NCBI GenBank assembly: GCA_002269645.1
Contig: NIVC01001789.1
Span: 1-64,000, forward strand
DNA: 64,000 nt
Reading direction: 5' to 3'
DNA from: Macrostomum lignano
Lineage: Eukaryota
Shown here piece after piece: positions 47,301 through 59,645 of this stretch; position 1 is the stretch's first letter, and each line of letters begins with the position of its first letter. The position numbers and the translations under genes are program-made. Under the pieces are notes generated by a model. The model had not been told where the DNA came from. It ran no database searches and worked only from the letters and a program-made list of their open reading frames with translations.

Positions 47301-50300
47301 TCTTTGCTGCTGCTGTTGAAGCACTTCAAGCTGACGGCTGCGACGCCCGATGTTGAGTCTTCGGCGGCCTCGCAGGCGGTCAGGCCCAGAGCTGCGTTTC
47401 GCGTGGCCGCTTCGTTCGCTAGCCAGCAGAGTTCGTCGCAGAGCTCCTCGCAGAGCTCCTCCCAGGTGCAACAACAGCAGCGGAATGTAGTAGATGTACA
47501 CCTGCATGCAGTCAGCGGCAGTCAGTTAACCAACAATTCTACAGGTGTTAATGAGGCTCTCTGTCTGGAGATTGTCGGCATGGTGAATCGTATCGCTAGC
47601 CAGATGCCGCAGTTCCTGTCATTGATTTATCAGGTTTGATTATTTTTAATTAATCATATTTCTACTGCAGCTTTGCCACAATCGTATCTTGCACCAATTT
47701 GAGTACATTTGAGGATTCAAACTATTTTTTTTATTTTTTCCATTATTAGTATTCCAAATTGAGTCGTTAGCCAATCATATCCAATCATGCTCAAGCATAT
47801 CCAATCGCATTCAGTCATATCCAATCACACCCAATCACATTCAGTCATATCCAATCACATTCAGTCATATCCAATCACATTCAGTCATATCCAATCACAT
47901 TCAGTCATATCCAATCACATTCAGTCATATCCAATCACATTCAGTCATATCCAATCACATTCAGTCATATCCAATCACATTCAGTCATATCCAATCACTT
48001 CAGTCGTATTCAATCACACCCAATCACATCCAATCACATCCAATCACATCCAATCATCACATTCAATCACATTCAATCACATCCAATCAAATCCAATCAC
48101 ATCCAATCACATCCAATCACATCCAATCATCACATTCAATCACATTCAATCACATCCAATTACATTCAGTCATATTCAATCACATTCAGTCATATCCAAT
48201 CACATTCAGTCATATCCAATCACATTCAGTCATATTCAATCACATTCAGTCATATTCAATCACATCCAATCACATCCAATCACATCCAATCACATCCAAT
48301 CACATTCAGTCATATCCAATCACATCCAATCATCACATTCAATCACATTCAATCACATCCAATCACATTCAGTCATATCCAATCACATTCAGTCATGTCC
48401 AATCACATCCAATCACATCCAATCGCATCCAATCACATCTAGTCATATTCTAACCCCGAACTAATGAAAAGCAAAGATTAGAGAAGCGGTTTCAGCAGTT
48501 TTACTTACCCTTCATCATCAGGTTTAAAACCTGTAAGCAACATCACCGTTTTACACCAACATAATATTTATCCTCCTCCAGGAGCTCCCAGACGTGTGCG
48601 AAAGCAACCCGGGCCTACTCGAACCGTTTCTCGGTCACCTGCTGTCGCGCCTCGATCGCCTGATGCCGTCAGACAGGCTGGCGGATCCAGACCAGGCCCC
48701 TGTGGATTTTTCTCCCTGCTTTGGGCCGGCTATTGGCGGGGGTGTTGCTCTGCTGGAGCCGCTGGTTAGTTTGCAGTAGCGGTTTCAATTTTATGGCTTT
48801 TTGATAAACTGTCTGTTGTCTCAATACCATTCAGGTGCTTTTTATCGTTTCTCTCAATTTATATTGTCAGATTCTGCCTTATAATTGCATTCCATCAATA
48901 TGTCACATCCCATCACATCCCATCACATTCTGCAACATCCTGTCACATTCTGTCACATCCCGTCACATTCTGCAATATCCTGTCATACCCTGTCTCATTC
49001 TGCCACATTCTGTCACACCCTGTCTCATTCTGCGACATCCTATCATATTGTGCCGCATCCTGTCACATCCTGTCACACCCTGTCACATCCTGTCACAACC
49101 TGCCACATCCTGCCACATCCTGTCACATTCTGCTACATGTCACATTCTGCCACATCCTGTCACATCCTATCACACCCTGTCTCATTCTGCCCCATCCTGT
49201 CACACCCTGTCACATCCTGTCACATCCTGTCAAATTCTGCCACATCCTGTCACCTCCTATCACACCCTGTCTCATTCTGCCCCATCCTGTCACACCCTGT
49301 CAAATCCTGTCACATCCTGTCACCTATCACACCCTGTCTCATTCTGCCGCATCCTGTCACACCCTGTCACGTTGTTAGCACACTTATAGTCTATGGCCGT
49401 GCGCGAGTACATTAAAACGCGCCATTAATCCAATCCAGGACGAACTGCTCAGCGCTACTCAACGCTTAGTCTCTCTTGGCCGCGCAGAGCTCAAACAGCA
49501 AGAGCAACAAAGCCCAGCCCTGTCGGACCTAGTTAGCCGAGCCAACTCGCTTTTATCCAACGCCGCCGCTCGTTTTGCCTCCGCCGAATTGGAAGAACTC
49601 GAAGTCGACGCCACGTCAGAATATTGCGGCGCCGGCGACGAAGCTGTTAAAGTCTGTCGCCGGTCGGCGCTAATGCTCGGCTCGTTTGAGTCGCTAATGT
49701 TGCACGAGATGTCAACGGCCGCCAGCGCTACTGACCTGCCCGACCGGCTGGTGGCTCTCTACCGACAGCGCCGACTTCTGTGCGAAGTTATCGATAAGAA
49801 GCGAGCCAACGCCACCGCAACTGCGGGACCATCGGCTGGGAACGGCCGGAGGGCCAACAACGCTTCGGCGGCGGCCGGCACTTCTGCAATTAGTAGCAGC
49901 AATGGCGGTGCCGCGGGTCAGCTGGCCTGGCCAGTGCAGCCGGACTCTTGCGGCCAGTTGCGCCTTGACGAAACCTGTCAGATGCTCTGTCGAGCTCTCA
50001 CCGCGTCGCCGTCTTCTTCAACTTCCGCCGCCTCGCCGGTCAGTCCGGAGACGCGGGCCGACCTGTCCCAGTTTCTGCTAGACCGGGCTCGCCTCCTACT
50101 GCCGCCTGTCCAGCCGCCGCCGGTGACTTTCGTCGATGAACAACCCGACGCTAAGGCGGCGGAGTCTGAGGACTTTTACGATGACGACATAAGCGCTGAA
50201 ACTAAGGCAAAACAGTTTAAGGCGATGCGTCAGCTGTGCAAAGTCAGTTTGAGCTTCTACGGGCATTCGGTTAAACGAATAACAGCTGGTGTTGCTACTA

Positions 50301-51197
50301 ATAATAGTAGTACAGCTGCGGCTGATACTAGCGGCGTTGGCGCTGGCCCGGCGCCGATCTCGATGACTGTGCACCGGTGCGTTCATCGAGTGATGCAGGT
50401 AGGTTTTTATGTTAATGTCGATATTTCCTTTTTAGTGAATTAATCGATTTTTTCATCGTTTTTTATTAGATTATCGTTTTTTTTAATTGTCGATTTTTAT
50501 TTGATTATCGATTTTTTTCGATGGTAGATTTTTATTAGATTATTGATTTTTTCGATTATCGATTTTTTATATTATCGATTTCCATTTACATTATCGATTT
50601 TTACTAGATTTTCAGTTTTAATATCGATTATTTCGGTCGATTATCGATTTTTTTCGAGTTTTATTAGATTATCGATTTTAATTATTAGATTAGATTATCG
50701 ATTATTTCGATAGATTATCTTTTCTTTTGATTATTTATTTTTATTAGATTATCGTTTTTTCGATCATCGATTTTATTATATTATCGTTCTTCCACTATCG
50801 ATAATTTCTACTGACGCGCCTTAACACAGGCTGCCCTAAGCCTGGCCTCGGCTATCTCTGATCGCTGGACAGGGCGTCAGCTCAACTCCGTCTCAATCAA
50901 CAGCCAATCGCTGGCCGACAATCTGCGCCATTGGACCGCCGCCCTAGTTCGCACCGGGGAGCCCCGGCACGGCCGGGACCTGGCCCAGCTAGCCGGCTTT
51001 CTGCTCTGCCTGGATCCCGGCCAGGCCTACCTGCACTTTGCCGAGTCCCTGCTGCGCTCCGAGGCTGTTGCTAATAGCGCTCTCAAAGACGATGCCGCCT
51101 CTACTAGGGCTGTGGCGGCCCTGTTGGCTAGGAACTGCGTTCGGCATCACCCGCTGCCTGGGGACCACCTGATGGCGCTGGCTGGGTGAGGACAGTG

Positions 51198-51234
<37 letters not shown>

Positions 51235-51265
51235 GCCTGTCTGTCTGTCTGTCTGTGTGTCTTAG

Positions 51266-51302
<37 letters not shown>

Positions 51303-51305
51303 TAG

Positions 51306-51358
<53 letters not shown>

Positions 51359-51361
51359 TAG

Positions 51362-51454
<93 letters not shown>

Positions 51455-51457
51455 TAG

Positions 51458-51518
<61 letters not shown>

Positions 51519-54500
51519 TTCTGTCTGTCTGTCTGTCTTTCTGTCCGTCTGTCTGTCTGTCTGTCTGTCTGTCTGTGTGTCTGTGTGTCTGTCTGTCTGC
51601 ACTGTCTGTCTGTCTGTCTGTCTGTCTTAGTGTCTGTCTGTCTGTCTGTCTGTCTTAGTATCTGTCTGTCTGTCTGCACTGTCTGTCTGCACTGTCTGTC
51701 TGCACTGTCTGTCTGTCTGTCTGTCTGCACTGTCTGTCTGTCTGTCTGTCTGTCTCTGTCAGTCTTAGAATCTGTTAAACTGTCTCAAATCCCTGCTACC
51801 TGTATCACACAGCTGCCTTCGCCATCGACTCGGCGATGGAGAAAGCGAGGCTGGAGGCAGCGGCGCCGGAGGTCGTCGTCAGCAGCGTCGCGACGGCGCT
51901 GGCAGCAAAGGCGGAGCCGCCGCATTCGCCTGCATCAACCGTCGCACAGCGGACTCGGTGCTGCAGGCCCTGGTTGGCGAGCTGGGCTTTGCTCTCGACG
52001 AACTCGACTGGATTTTGTCAGCCTCCGGCGGTGCTTCATCATCGGCGCTGCAGTCTGTGGAATCGTTCCGCTTGGTGGCCTCCCGGTTCGGCCTGCTGTC
52101 CCGGCTGGTGCACTGCCTGGCCTCCATGGGCCTGAAGCCGGGCGCCCAGACTGGACTCGTGACCCGCTTGGCCACCAGGCACTTCCGGTTGCTGGCCTCG
52201 CTGGCCCGCTGCCTGGCCACCGCTGGACAGTCTGTGGCGGTACAGCAGGTGGGTGGCAGGGAGATTCGACTTTCTTAACGGTCGGGTTGCTTCATAAATG
52301 TTCTCAGTGACGCTATTTTGCTCCTAAATCACCTGTATAATCGCCCCTCAATCACCCGGTAGAATCGCCCCTCAATCACCCTGTAAAATATCCCCTCAAT
52401 CACCTGTAGAATCACCCCTGAATCACCCTGTAGAATCGCCCCTAAATCACCTGTAGAATCGCCCCTAAACCACCTGTAGAATCGCCACTAAACCACGTTT
52501 AGAATCGCCCCTCAATCACCCTGTAGAATCGCCCCTATTTCATTTGTAGAATCGCCCGCAAATCACATGTAGAATCGCCCCTTAATCACCCTGTAGAATC
52601 GCCCCTAAATCACCTGTAGAATCGCCCTAAACCACCCTGTAGAATCGCCCCTAAACCACCCTGTAGAATCGCCCCTCAATCACCTGTAGAATCGCCCCTA
52701 AATCACCTGTAGAATCGCCCCTAAATCACCTGTAGAATCGCCCCTAAATCACCTGTAGAATCGCCCCTCAATCACCCTTTAGAATCGCCCCTAAACCACC
52801 CTGTAGAATCGCCCCTCAATCACCCTGTAGAATCCCCCCCTAAACCACCCTGTAGAATCGCCCCCAAATCACATGTAGAATCGCCCCTAAATCACCTGTA
52901 GAATCGCCCCTCAATCACCCTGTAGAATCGCCCCTAAACTACCCTGTAGAATCGCCCCTCAATCACCTGTAGAATCGCCCCTAAATCACCTGTAGAATCG
53001 CCCCTAAATCACCTGTAGAATCGCCCCTCAATCACCCTGTAGAATCGCCCCTAAACCACCCTGTAGAATCGCCCATCAATTACCCTGTAGAATCGCCCCT
53101 AAATCACCTGTAGAATCGCCCCTAAATCACCTGTAGAATCGCCCGTAAATCACCCTGTAGAATCGCCCGTAAATCACCCTGTAGAATCGCCCCTGAATCA
53201 CCCTGTAGAATCGCCCCTATAAATCAGCCTGTTACAATAAATCATAAATCAGTCAGTCTCCAACACCCCACCCTTTGCAGATCCTGCAATCAGCCGAGGC
53301 CTACGCCGACCTGGAGCGCCTGGTGGAACTCTGCGGCGGCGAGCTCGCTCCGAAAATCTACGATCGAGTCCTGCAAAGCCAATTGGCTGCCTCCAGGGCC
53401 GCCAGGGAGGCGGCGGAAGAAGCGGCCAGGCGGAAAAAGGATAAAAAGCAGGGGAAGAAAAATGGCGGCGGCGGTAAAAAGCTTGCCGTAGAGGACGGTG
53501 GAAAACGACGCGGCGGTGTCAAGGTTGACAGGGACGCTACGGTGAGTAGTAGGAGTATCTATTAATTGGGTATTATATACAAAATTATCTGTCTTTGTCA
53601 CGAAACAAATCTTCACTCGGGCACCTGATCCACCCGGATACCCAAATCCACTCGGACACCTAACTCTACCCGGACACTCAACTCCTGCTCGGACACCCAA
53701 CTCGTACTCGGACACCCAACTCGTACTCGGACACCCGACTCGTACTCGGACGCCTAACTCGTACTCGGACACCCAACTCCCACTCGGACACCCAACTCCC
53801 ACTCGGACACCCAACTCCCACTCGGACACCCAACTCCCACTCGGACACCCAACTCCCACTCGGACACCTAATCCCACTCGAACACCAAATCCTACTTGAA
53901 CACCTAGCTCCTACTCGGACACTTAATCCCACTCGGACACCCAACTTCTACTCTGACACCCAACTCCTACTGGGACACCCAACTTCTACTCGGACACCCA
54001 ACTCCTACTGGGACACCCAACTTCTACTCGGACACCCAACTTCTACTCTGACACCCAACTCCTACTGGGACACCCAACTTCTACTCGGACACCCAACTCC
54101 TACTGGGACACCCAACTTCTACTCGGACACCCAACTTCTACTCTGACACCCAACTCCTACTGGGACACCCAACTTCTACTCGGACACCCAACTCCTACTG
54201 GGACACCCAACTTCTACTCGGACACCCAACTTCTACTCGGACACCTAACTCCTACTGGGACACCCAACTTCTACTCGGACACCCAACTCCTACTGGGGCA
54301 CCCAACTTCTACTCGGACACCCAACTCCTACTGGGACACCCAACTTCTACTCGGATACTTAATCACACTCGGACACCCAACTCGTACTGGGACACCCAAC
54401 TTCTACTCGGACACCCAACTCCTACTGGGACACCCAACTTCTGCTCGGACACCCAACTCCTACTGGGACACCCAACTTCTACTCGGACACCCAACTCCAA

Positions 54501-54985
54501 TCGGACACCCAACTCCCAATCGTACACCCAACTCACTACTCCCACCTCAACACTTGTTGCCTGGGACGGCATTCATGATTCCCCATGATAGTTAATAATC
54601 AGAACTCGCACTCTGGCCTCCCTCTCTGCTACAGGCGGTACCCCAGCTAGTGTACTCAATTGAGCAGTGGGAGAAGGCCCTGATGCAGCTATGCCGCAAG
54701 CGCAGCCTCGGCCTCATGCTTCGCGTGCGTCGTGCGGCTTCGCGCGATTTTCGAATTCGACTGGACGAAGTGCAACAGGCGCTGCGGCGCGGCGAGGCGC
54801 CGGAAGATGACGGAGAAGGTGACATTGGCGAGGATGATGAAGAAGCTGAGGAGGATGCCGCTGAGGAGGCTGAGGACGATGAAGAGGATAATGAGGATCA
54901 AGGTGACGAATCTGTTGAACCCGAAACAGTGGAGAGCACGGAACCGCCAAAGAAGCGGGCTCGAGTGCAGCAGAAGTCGCGTTGA
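41318..54985 (+). CDS. FANCI: Fanconi anemia group I protein; approx. join(41318..41413,42457..42666,42824..42909,43946..44273,44539..44789,45557..46015,47090..47633,48582..48764,49439..50398,50830..51185,51813..52248,53281..53541,54635..54985)
   Basis: Colinear with human FANCI as recalled: [47 protein letters not shown] (LRK = K523 ubiquitination-site equivalent retained), [11 protein letters not shown] cluster [51 protein letters not shown], acidic tail plus PKKR NLS. Confidence 0.92.
41441..42405. repeat. 39-bp to ~37-bp minisatellite, FANCI intron 1
   Basis: Units gccaatccctgctcatccacaatgtacaccaactgggta grading into cccagccaatcccagcacaccccacaatgtacacacc. Confidence 0.95.
43070..43815. 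repeat. 19-bp minisatellite with 57-bp higher-order unit, FANCI intron 3
   Basis: Monomer accgacaaagaccatagaa; 57-bp trimer repeated at ~43190-43460. Confidence 0.9.
44890..45478. repeat. 21-bp minisatellite (gagggtgcagattccaagtat), FANCI intron 5
   Basis: Highly homogeneous tandem units; source of the spurious EGADSKY/RVQIPSM ORFs. Confidence 0.97.
46150..47040. repeat. 20-22-bp minisatellite (tctagaggcccggtgcaat), FANCI intron 6
   Basis: Read directly; TCTAGA in almost every unit. Confidence 0.97.
47770..48445. repeat. CAATCA/ttcagtcatatccaatcaca low-complexity array, FANCI intron 7
   Basis: Read directly. Confidence 0.95.
48900..49370. repeat. ~10-bp catcctgtca-based array, FANCI intron 8
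   Basis: Read directly. Confidence 0.9.
50440..50805. repeat. Degenerate ttatcgattttt array, FANCI intron 9
   Basis: Repeated atcgat palindromes in a T-rich background. Confidence 0.8.
51193..51760. repeat. (TGTC)n microsatellite, FANCI intron 10
   Basis: Read directly; periodic cttagtg interruptions. Confidence 0.97.
52325..53220. repeat. 22-23-bp minisatellite (tgtagaatcgcccctaaatcacc), FANCI intron 11
   Basis: Read directly. Confidence 0.97.
53620..54540. repeat. 19-bp minisatellite (actcggacacccaactcct) with alternating 38-bp dimer, FANCI intron 12
   Basis: Read directly. Confidence 0.95.
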
Positions 54986-55029
54986 AATCTACCTGCAGAC
55001 CTGCAGACTAAATATAGAGTGCAATCTGG

Positions 55030-55385
55030 ATGGATTCGGGTAGATTTGGTGTCCAATCTGGGTAGATTTGATGTCCAATCTGAGTAGATTTGGTGTCAAA
55101 TCTGAGTAGATTTGGTGTCAAATCTGGGTAGATTTGGTGTCAAATCTGAGTAGATTTGGTGTCCAATCTGGGTAGATTTGGTGTCCAATCTGGGTAGATT
55201 TGGTGTCCAATCTGGGTAGATTTGATGTCCAATCTGAGTAGATTTGGTGTCAAATCTGGGTAGATTTGGTGTCCAATCTGGGTAGATTTGGTGTCCAATC
55301 TGGGTAGATTTGGTGTCCAATCTGGGTAGATTTGGTGTCCAATCTGGGTAGATTTGGTGTCCAATCTGGGTAGATTTGGTATCAA
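55030..55385. repeat. 22-bp minisatellite (tgggtagatttggtgtccaatc) just 3' of the FANCI stop
   Basis: Read directly; aataaa follows at ~55418. Confidence 0.95.
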
Positions 55386-55591
55386 CTGTGAATTTGTGAG
55401 ACAGACAAAGCAGTTTTTTAATAAATATTTTGTTCTCCCGAGTTATACTCGTATTCTAAGCGTTTGCATTTTGTACTACTGATACTTGTAGTAGTATTTT
55501 ATATCATTATTATTCAATACAACGGTACTTGTTTTACTATTTAAAAACTTAATTTTCTATTATTAATTTATATGGTTTGTTAAATTTACAG

Positions 55592-56994
55592 ATGGCTCAG
55601 CATTTTCCTATTGGTGCGTACATGAGTTTGCGCTCCCCGTGGCATTGTCTTTTTTAATAAACGTTACTCTGTCTATTTAATATAAATTCCTTTTGTTAAT
55701 AGTTATTTGTATAGTTTAGTTAATATTTAATAGCATTAATTAGTGCTGTCTCATCAAGGATATGGTAGACTCCATAGGTAGGTATCTTAGATAGGGTAGA
55801 CTCCGATAGTAGATATAGGGTAAACTCCGATAGTAGATAGGGTAGACTCCGATAGTAGATAGGGTAGACTCCGATAGTAGATATAGGGTAAACTCCGACA
55901 GTAGATAGGGTAGACTCCGATAGTAGATAGGGTAGACTCCGATAGTAGATAGGGTAGACTCTGATAGTAGATAGGGTAGACTGATAGTAGATAGGGTAGA
56001 CTCCGATAGTAGATAGGGTAGACTCCGATAGTAGATATAGGGTAGACTCCGTTAGTAGATAGGGTAGACTCCGATAGTAGATAGGGTAGACTCCGATAGT
56101 AGATAGGGTAGACTCTGATAGTAGATAAAGTAGACTCCGATAGTAGATAGGGTAGACTCTGATAGTAGATAAAGTAGATTCCGATAGTAGATAGGGTAGA
56201 CTCTGATAGTAGATAAAGTAGACTCCGATAGTAGATATTGTAGACTATGATAGGGTAGACTCTGATAGTAGATAAAGTAGACTCCGATAGTAGATATTGT
56301 AGACTATGATAGGGTAGACTCTGATAAGAGATTCGATAGACTCCACATGTAAGTTTTCTTAGAAAATATCAGATATGGTAGACTCCATAGGTAGACTATC
56401 CTTAAATAGGTAGCGGGGAATACAGTAGATAAGCGAATCGAAGTACGTGTGCAATGTGTGCACCCGCCCATTATTCGATCAAACACAATTCCGCAGGAAA
56501 TCTCCCCGCTAGCCAATGAGAACAGCCTGCTATCTGCTGGCATTCTCACCGCCTCCAGCGTATTCGCCATTGCCGCTGGCGGCTCTCGTTGGGGCCTGGG
56601 AATCTACGGCTTATTGCTGGGCCCACTGCTAGCCCTGCTGGAGTATCCCCGGGCCTTCAAGGTCGAGAGACGCTGGCAGAGCCGTCTGTACCCTCTGTTT
56701 CGGTGGCCACTAATCGGCAAGCTGTACACTCGATGCGTTCTCCATCTGGTTGTAGCTTTGCCCTGCCTGTTCTGCCTACCATTGACTGCGCCGTCATTGT
56801 CTTTGTTAATATCGGCCTGTCTTTATCTAGCTGCTACACTACGCGGAGAGAAGTTTTGCCTACCAGAATCTGATGCCAAGAATAGAGCCTATCTGCCGGC
56901 AGGTGGCCGAGGTATGAGTTTACCAACGCAGCCGCCGCCTATGCCGCAGTCGCAAACTGAACTGACTAATAGTGGCGGATTCTCTAATTATTGA
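55592..56994 (+). CDS. CYBA: p22phox / cytochrome b-245 light chain; likely join(55592..55613,56513..56994)
   Basis: ANENSLLSAGIL (ANEQALASGLIL), LLEYPR, RCVLHL (R90/H94 equivalents), LYLAATLRGE (IYLLAAVRGE), C-terminal Pro-rich LPTQPPPMP. The first mini-exon is tentative. Confidence 0.85.
55775..56400. repeat. 22-bp minisatellite (gggtagactccgatagtagata) in the putative CYBA intron
   Basis: Read directly. Confidence 0.95.
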
Positions 56995-57077
56995 TTTTGC
57001 AAAACTAAACTCTGTGTAATTAAATCTTTATCTACTAATACAGTCCAAATTCAATTCTGAGATACGAAAATAATTGA

Positions 57078-57915
57078 AGCCCCAGTCAGGCCAGCCAACT
57101 CACTCTCCAAGTGTACTTATTCCTGCCCAGTCAGGCCAGCCACCTCCTCCCCCAGTCTACTTATTCCTGCCCAGTCAGGCCAACCACCTCACTCCCCCAG
57201 TGTACTTAATTCCTGCCCAGTCAGGCCAACCACCTCACTCCCTCAGTGTACTTAATTCCTGCCCAGTCAGGCCAACCACCTCACTCCCTCAGTGTACTTA
57301 ATTCCTGCCCAGTCAGGCCAGCCAACTCACTCCACTAGTGTACTTAATTCCTGCCCAGTCAGGCCAGCCAACTCACTCCCCTAGTGTACTTAATTCCTGC
57401 CCAGTCAGGCCAACCACCTCACTCCCCCAGTGTACTTAATTCCTGCCCAGTCAGGCCAGCCACCTCCTCCCCCAGTGTACTTAATTCCTGCCCAGTCAGG
57501 CCAGCCAACTCACTCCCCTAGTGTACTTAATTCCTGCCCAGTCAGGCCAGCCACCTCCTTCCCAGTGTACTTAATTCCTGCCTAGTCAGGCCAGCCACCT
57601 CCTTCCCAGTGTACTTAATTCCTGCCTAGTCAGGCCAGCCACCTCCTTCCCAGTGTACTTAATTCCTGCCCAGTCAGGCCAGCCACCTCCTTCCCAGTGT
57701 ACTTAATTCCTGCCCAGTCAGGCCAGCCAACTCACTTCCCCAGTGTACTTAATTCCTGCCCAGTCAGGCCAGCCACCTCCTCCCCCAGTGTACTTAATTC
57801 CTGCCCAGTCAGGCCAGCCAACTCACTTCCCCAGTGTACTTAATTCCTGCCCAGTCAGGCCAGCCACCTCCTCCCCCAGTGTACTTAATTCCTGCCCAGT
57901 CAGGCCAACCACCAT
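57078..57915. repeat. ~43-bp minisatellite (cctgcccagtcaggccagccacctcctccccagtgtacttaatt) 3' of CYBA
   Basis: Read directly. Confidence 0.95.
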
Positions 57916-58274
57916 TCCAGTATAGTTAATAACTGTTAATCTATAATTTATTCCTAAAATTAAAATTAAATTTTGTATTTTAATGTTAGTACTTATATTA
58001 CCGAAGTTACTCCAACGCTGTGGAAGATATTGAGCATTGCTAACTGTAAACATGCTAATTTTAAGCTTTCTTGCTAATGATATTGACATTGATAGATGGC
58101 TGTGATTCTGATTTTTACTGTGATAATCCCTCAGATTTTTTATCAATTAAGTATTGCTATACAATAAATTTAGCAATATATTAATACTCTTACATTCCTG
58201 TAGCTGACAGTTAATGTGTTTTGTTATGTTTGATTTTTTATTTTAATTTCTGATATAGAATTGTTCTAGAAAAG

Positions 58275-59535
58275 TCACCATAGAACAATCCTCGCCTTCC
58301 ATGGGATTTCTAAGAAAGATCACTTCGAGAACAATCCTCGCCTTCCATAAGATTTCTAAGAAAGGTCACTTCAAGAACAATCCTCACCTTCCGTAGGATT
58401 TCTAAGAAAAGTCACTTCGAGAACAATCCTCACCTTCCATAGGATTTCTAAGAAAAGTCACTTCGAGAACAATCCTCACCTTCCATAGGATTTCTAAGAA
58501 AGGTCACTTCGAGAACAATCCTCGCCTTCCATAGGATTTCTAAGAAAGGTCACTTCGAGAACAATCCTCACCTTCCATAGGATTTCTAAGAAAGGTCACT
58601 TCGAGAACAATCCTCGCCTTCCATAGGATTTCTAAGAAAGGTCACTTCGAGAACAATCCTCGCCTTCCATAGGATTTCTAAGAAAGGTCACTTCGAGAAC
58701 AATCCTCGCCTTCCATAGGATTTCTAAGAAAGGTCACTTCGAGAACAATCCTCGCCTTCCGTAGGATTTCTAAGAAAGGTCACTTCGAGAACAATCCTCG
58801 CCTTCCATAGGATTTCTAAGAAAGACCTCTTTGAGAACAATCCTCATCTTCCATGAGATTTCTAGGAAAGGCCTCTTTGAGAACAATCCTCATCATCCAT
58901 GGGATTTCTAGGAAAGGCCTCTGAGAACAATCCTCATCATCATGGGATTTCTTGGAAAGGCCTCTTTGAGAACAATCCTCATCATCCATGGGATTTCTAG
59001 GAAAGGCCTCTTTGAGAACAATCCTCATCATCCATGGGCTTTCTAGGAAAGGCCTCTTTGAGAACATCCTCATCATCCATGGGATTTCTAGGAAAGGCCT
59101 CTTGGAGAACAATCCTCATCATCCATGGGCTTTCTAGGAAAGGCCTCTTTGAGAACAATCCTCATCATCCATGGGATTTCTAGGAAAGGCCTCTTTGAGA
59201 ACAATCCTCATCATCCATGGGATTTTTAGGAAAGGCCTCTTTGAGAACAATCCTCATCATCCATGGGATTTTTAGGAAAGGCCTCTTTGAGAACAATCCT
59301 CATCATCCATGGGCTTTCTAGGAAAGGCCTCTTTGAGAACAATCCTCATCATCCATGGGCTTTCTAGGAAAGGCCTCTTTGAGAACAATCCTCATCATCC
59401 ATGGGATTTCTAGGAAAGGCCTCTTTGAGAACAATCCTCATCATCCATGGGATTTTTAGGAAAGGCCTCTTTGAGAACAATCCTCATCATCCATGGGATT
59501 TTTAGGAAAGGCCTCTTTGAGAACATCCTCATCTT
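58275..59535. repeat. 46-bp minisatellite with two variant blocks, upstream of COG7
   Basis: Variant A gagaacaatcctcgccttccataggatttctaagaaaggtcacttc up to ~58820, variant B gagaacaatcctcatcatccatgggatttctaggaaaggcctcttt after it. Confidence 0.97.
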
Positions 59536-59645
59536 CCAGAAGCACAGTTTAATTATTTATGCTAAAATCTGAATTAAAGTTGGCAGCTAATTTCACAGCT
59601 TTTAACGCCATTGCACCCCACAGCACACAAAGATCAGACACACCG

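Noticed and set aside
41300-59200. Long ORFs with periodic peptides (EGADSKY, RVQIPSM, TDRQ/SVCL, INGARV, HIQSHS, MYTPPAN etc.)
   Set aside because: They are translations of intronic or intergenic tandem repeats lacking stops by chance; they lie between bona fide FANCI/CDK7/COG7 exons.
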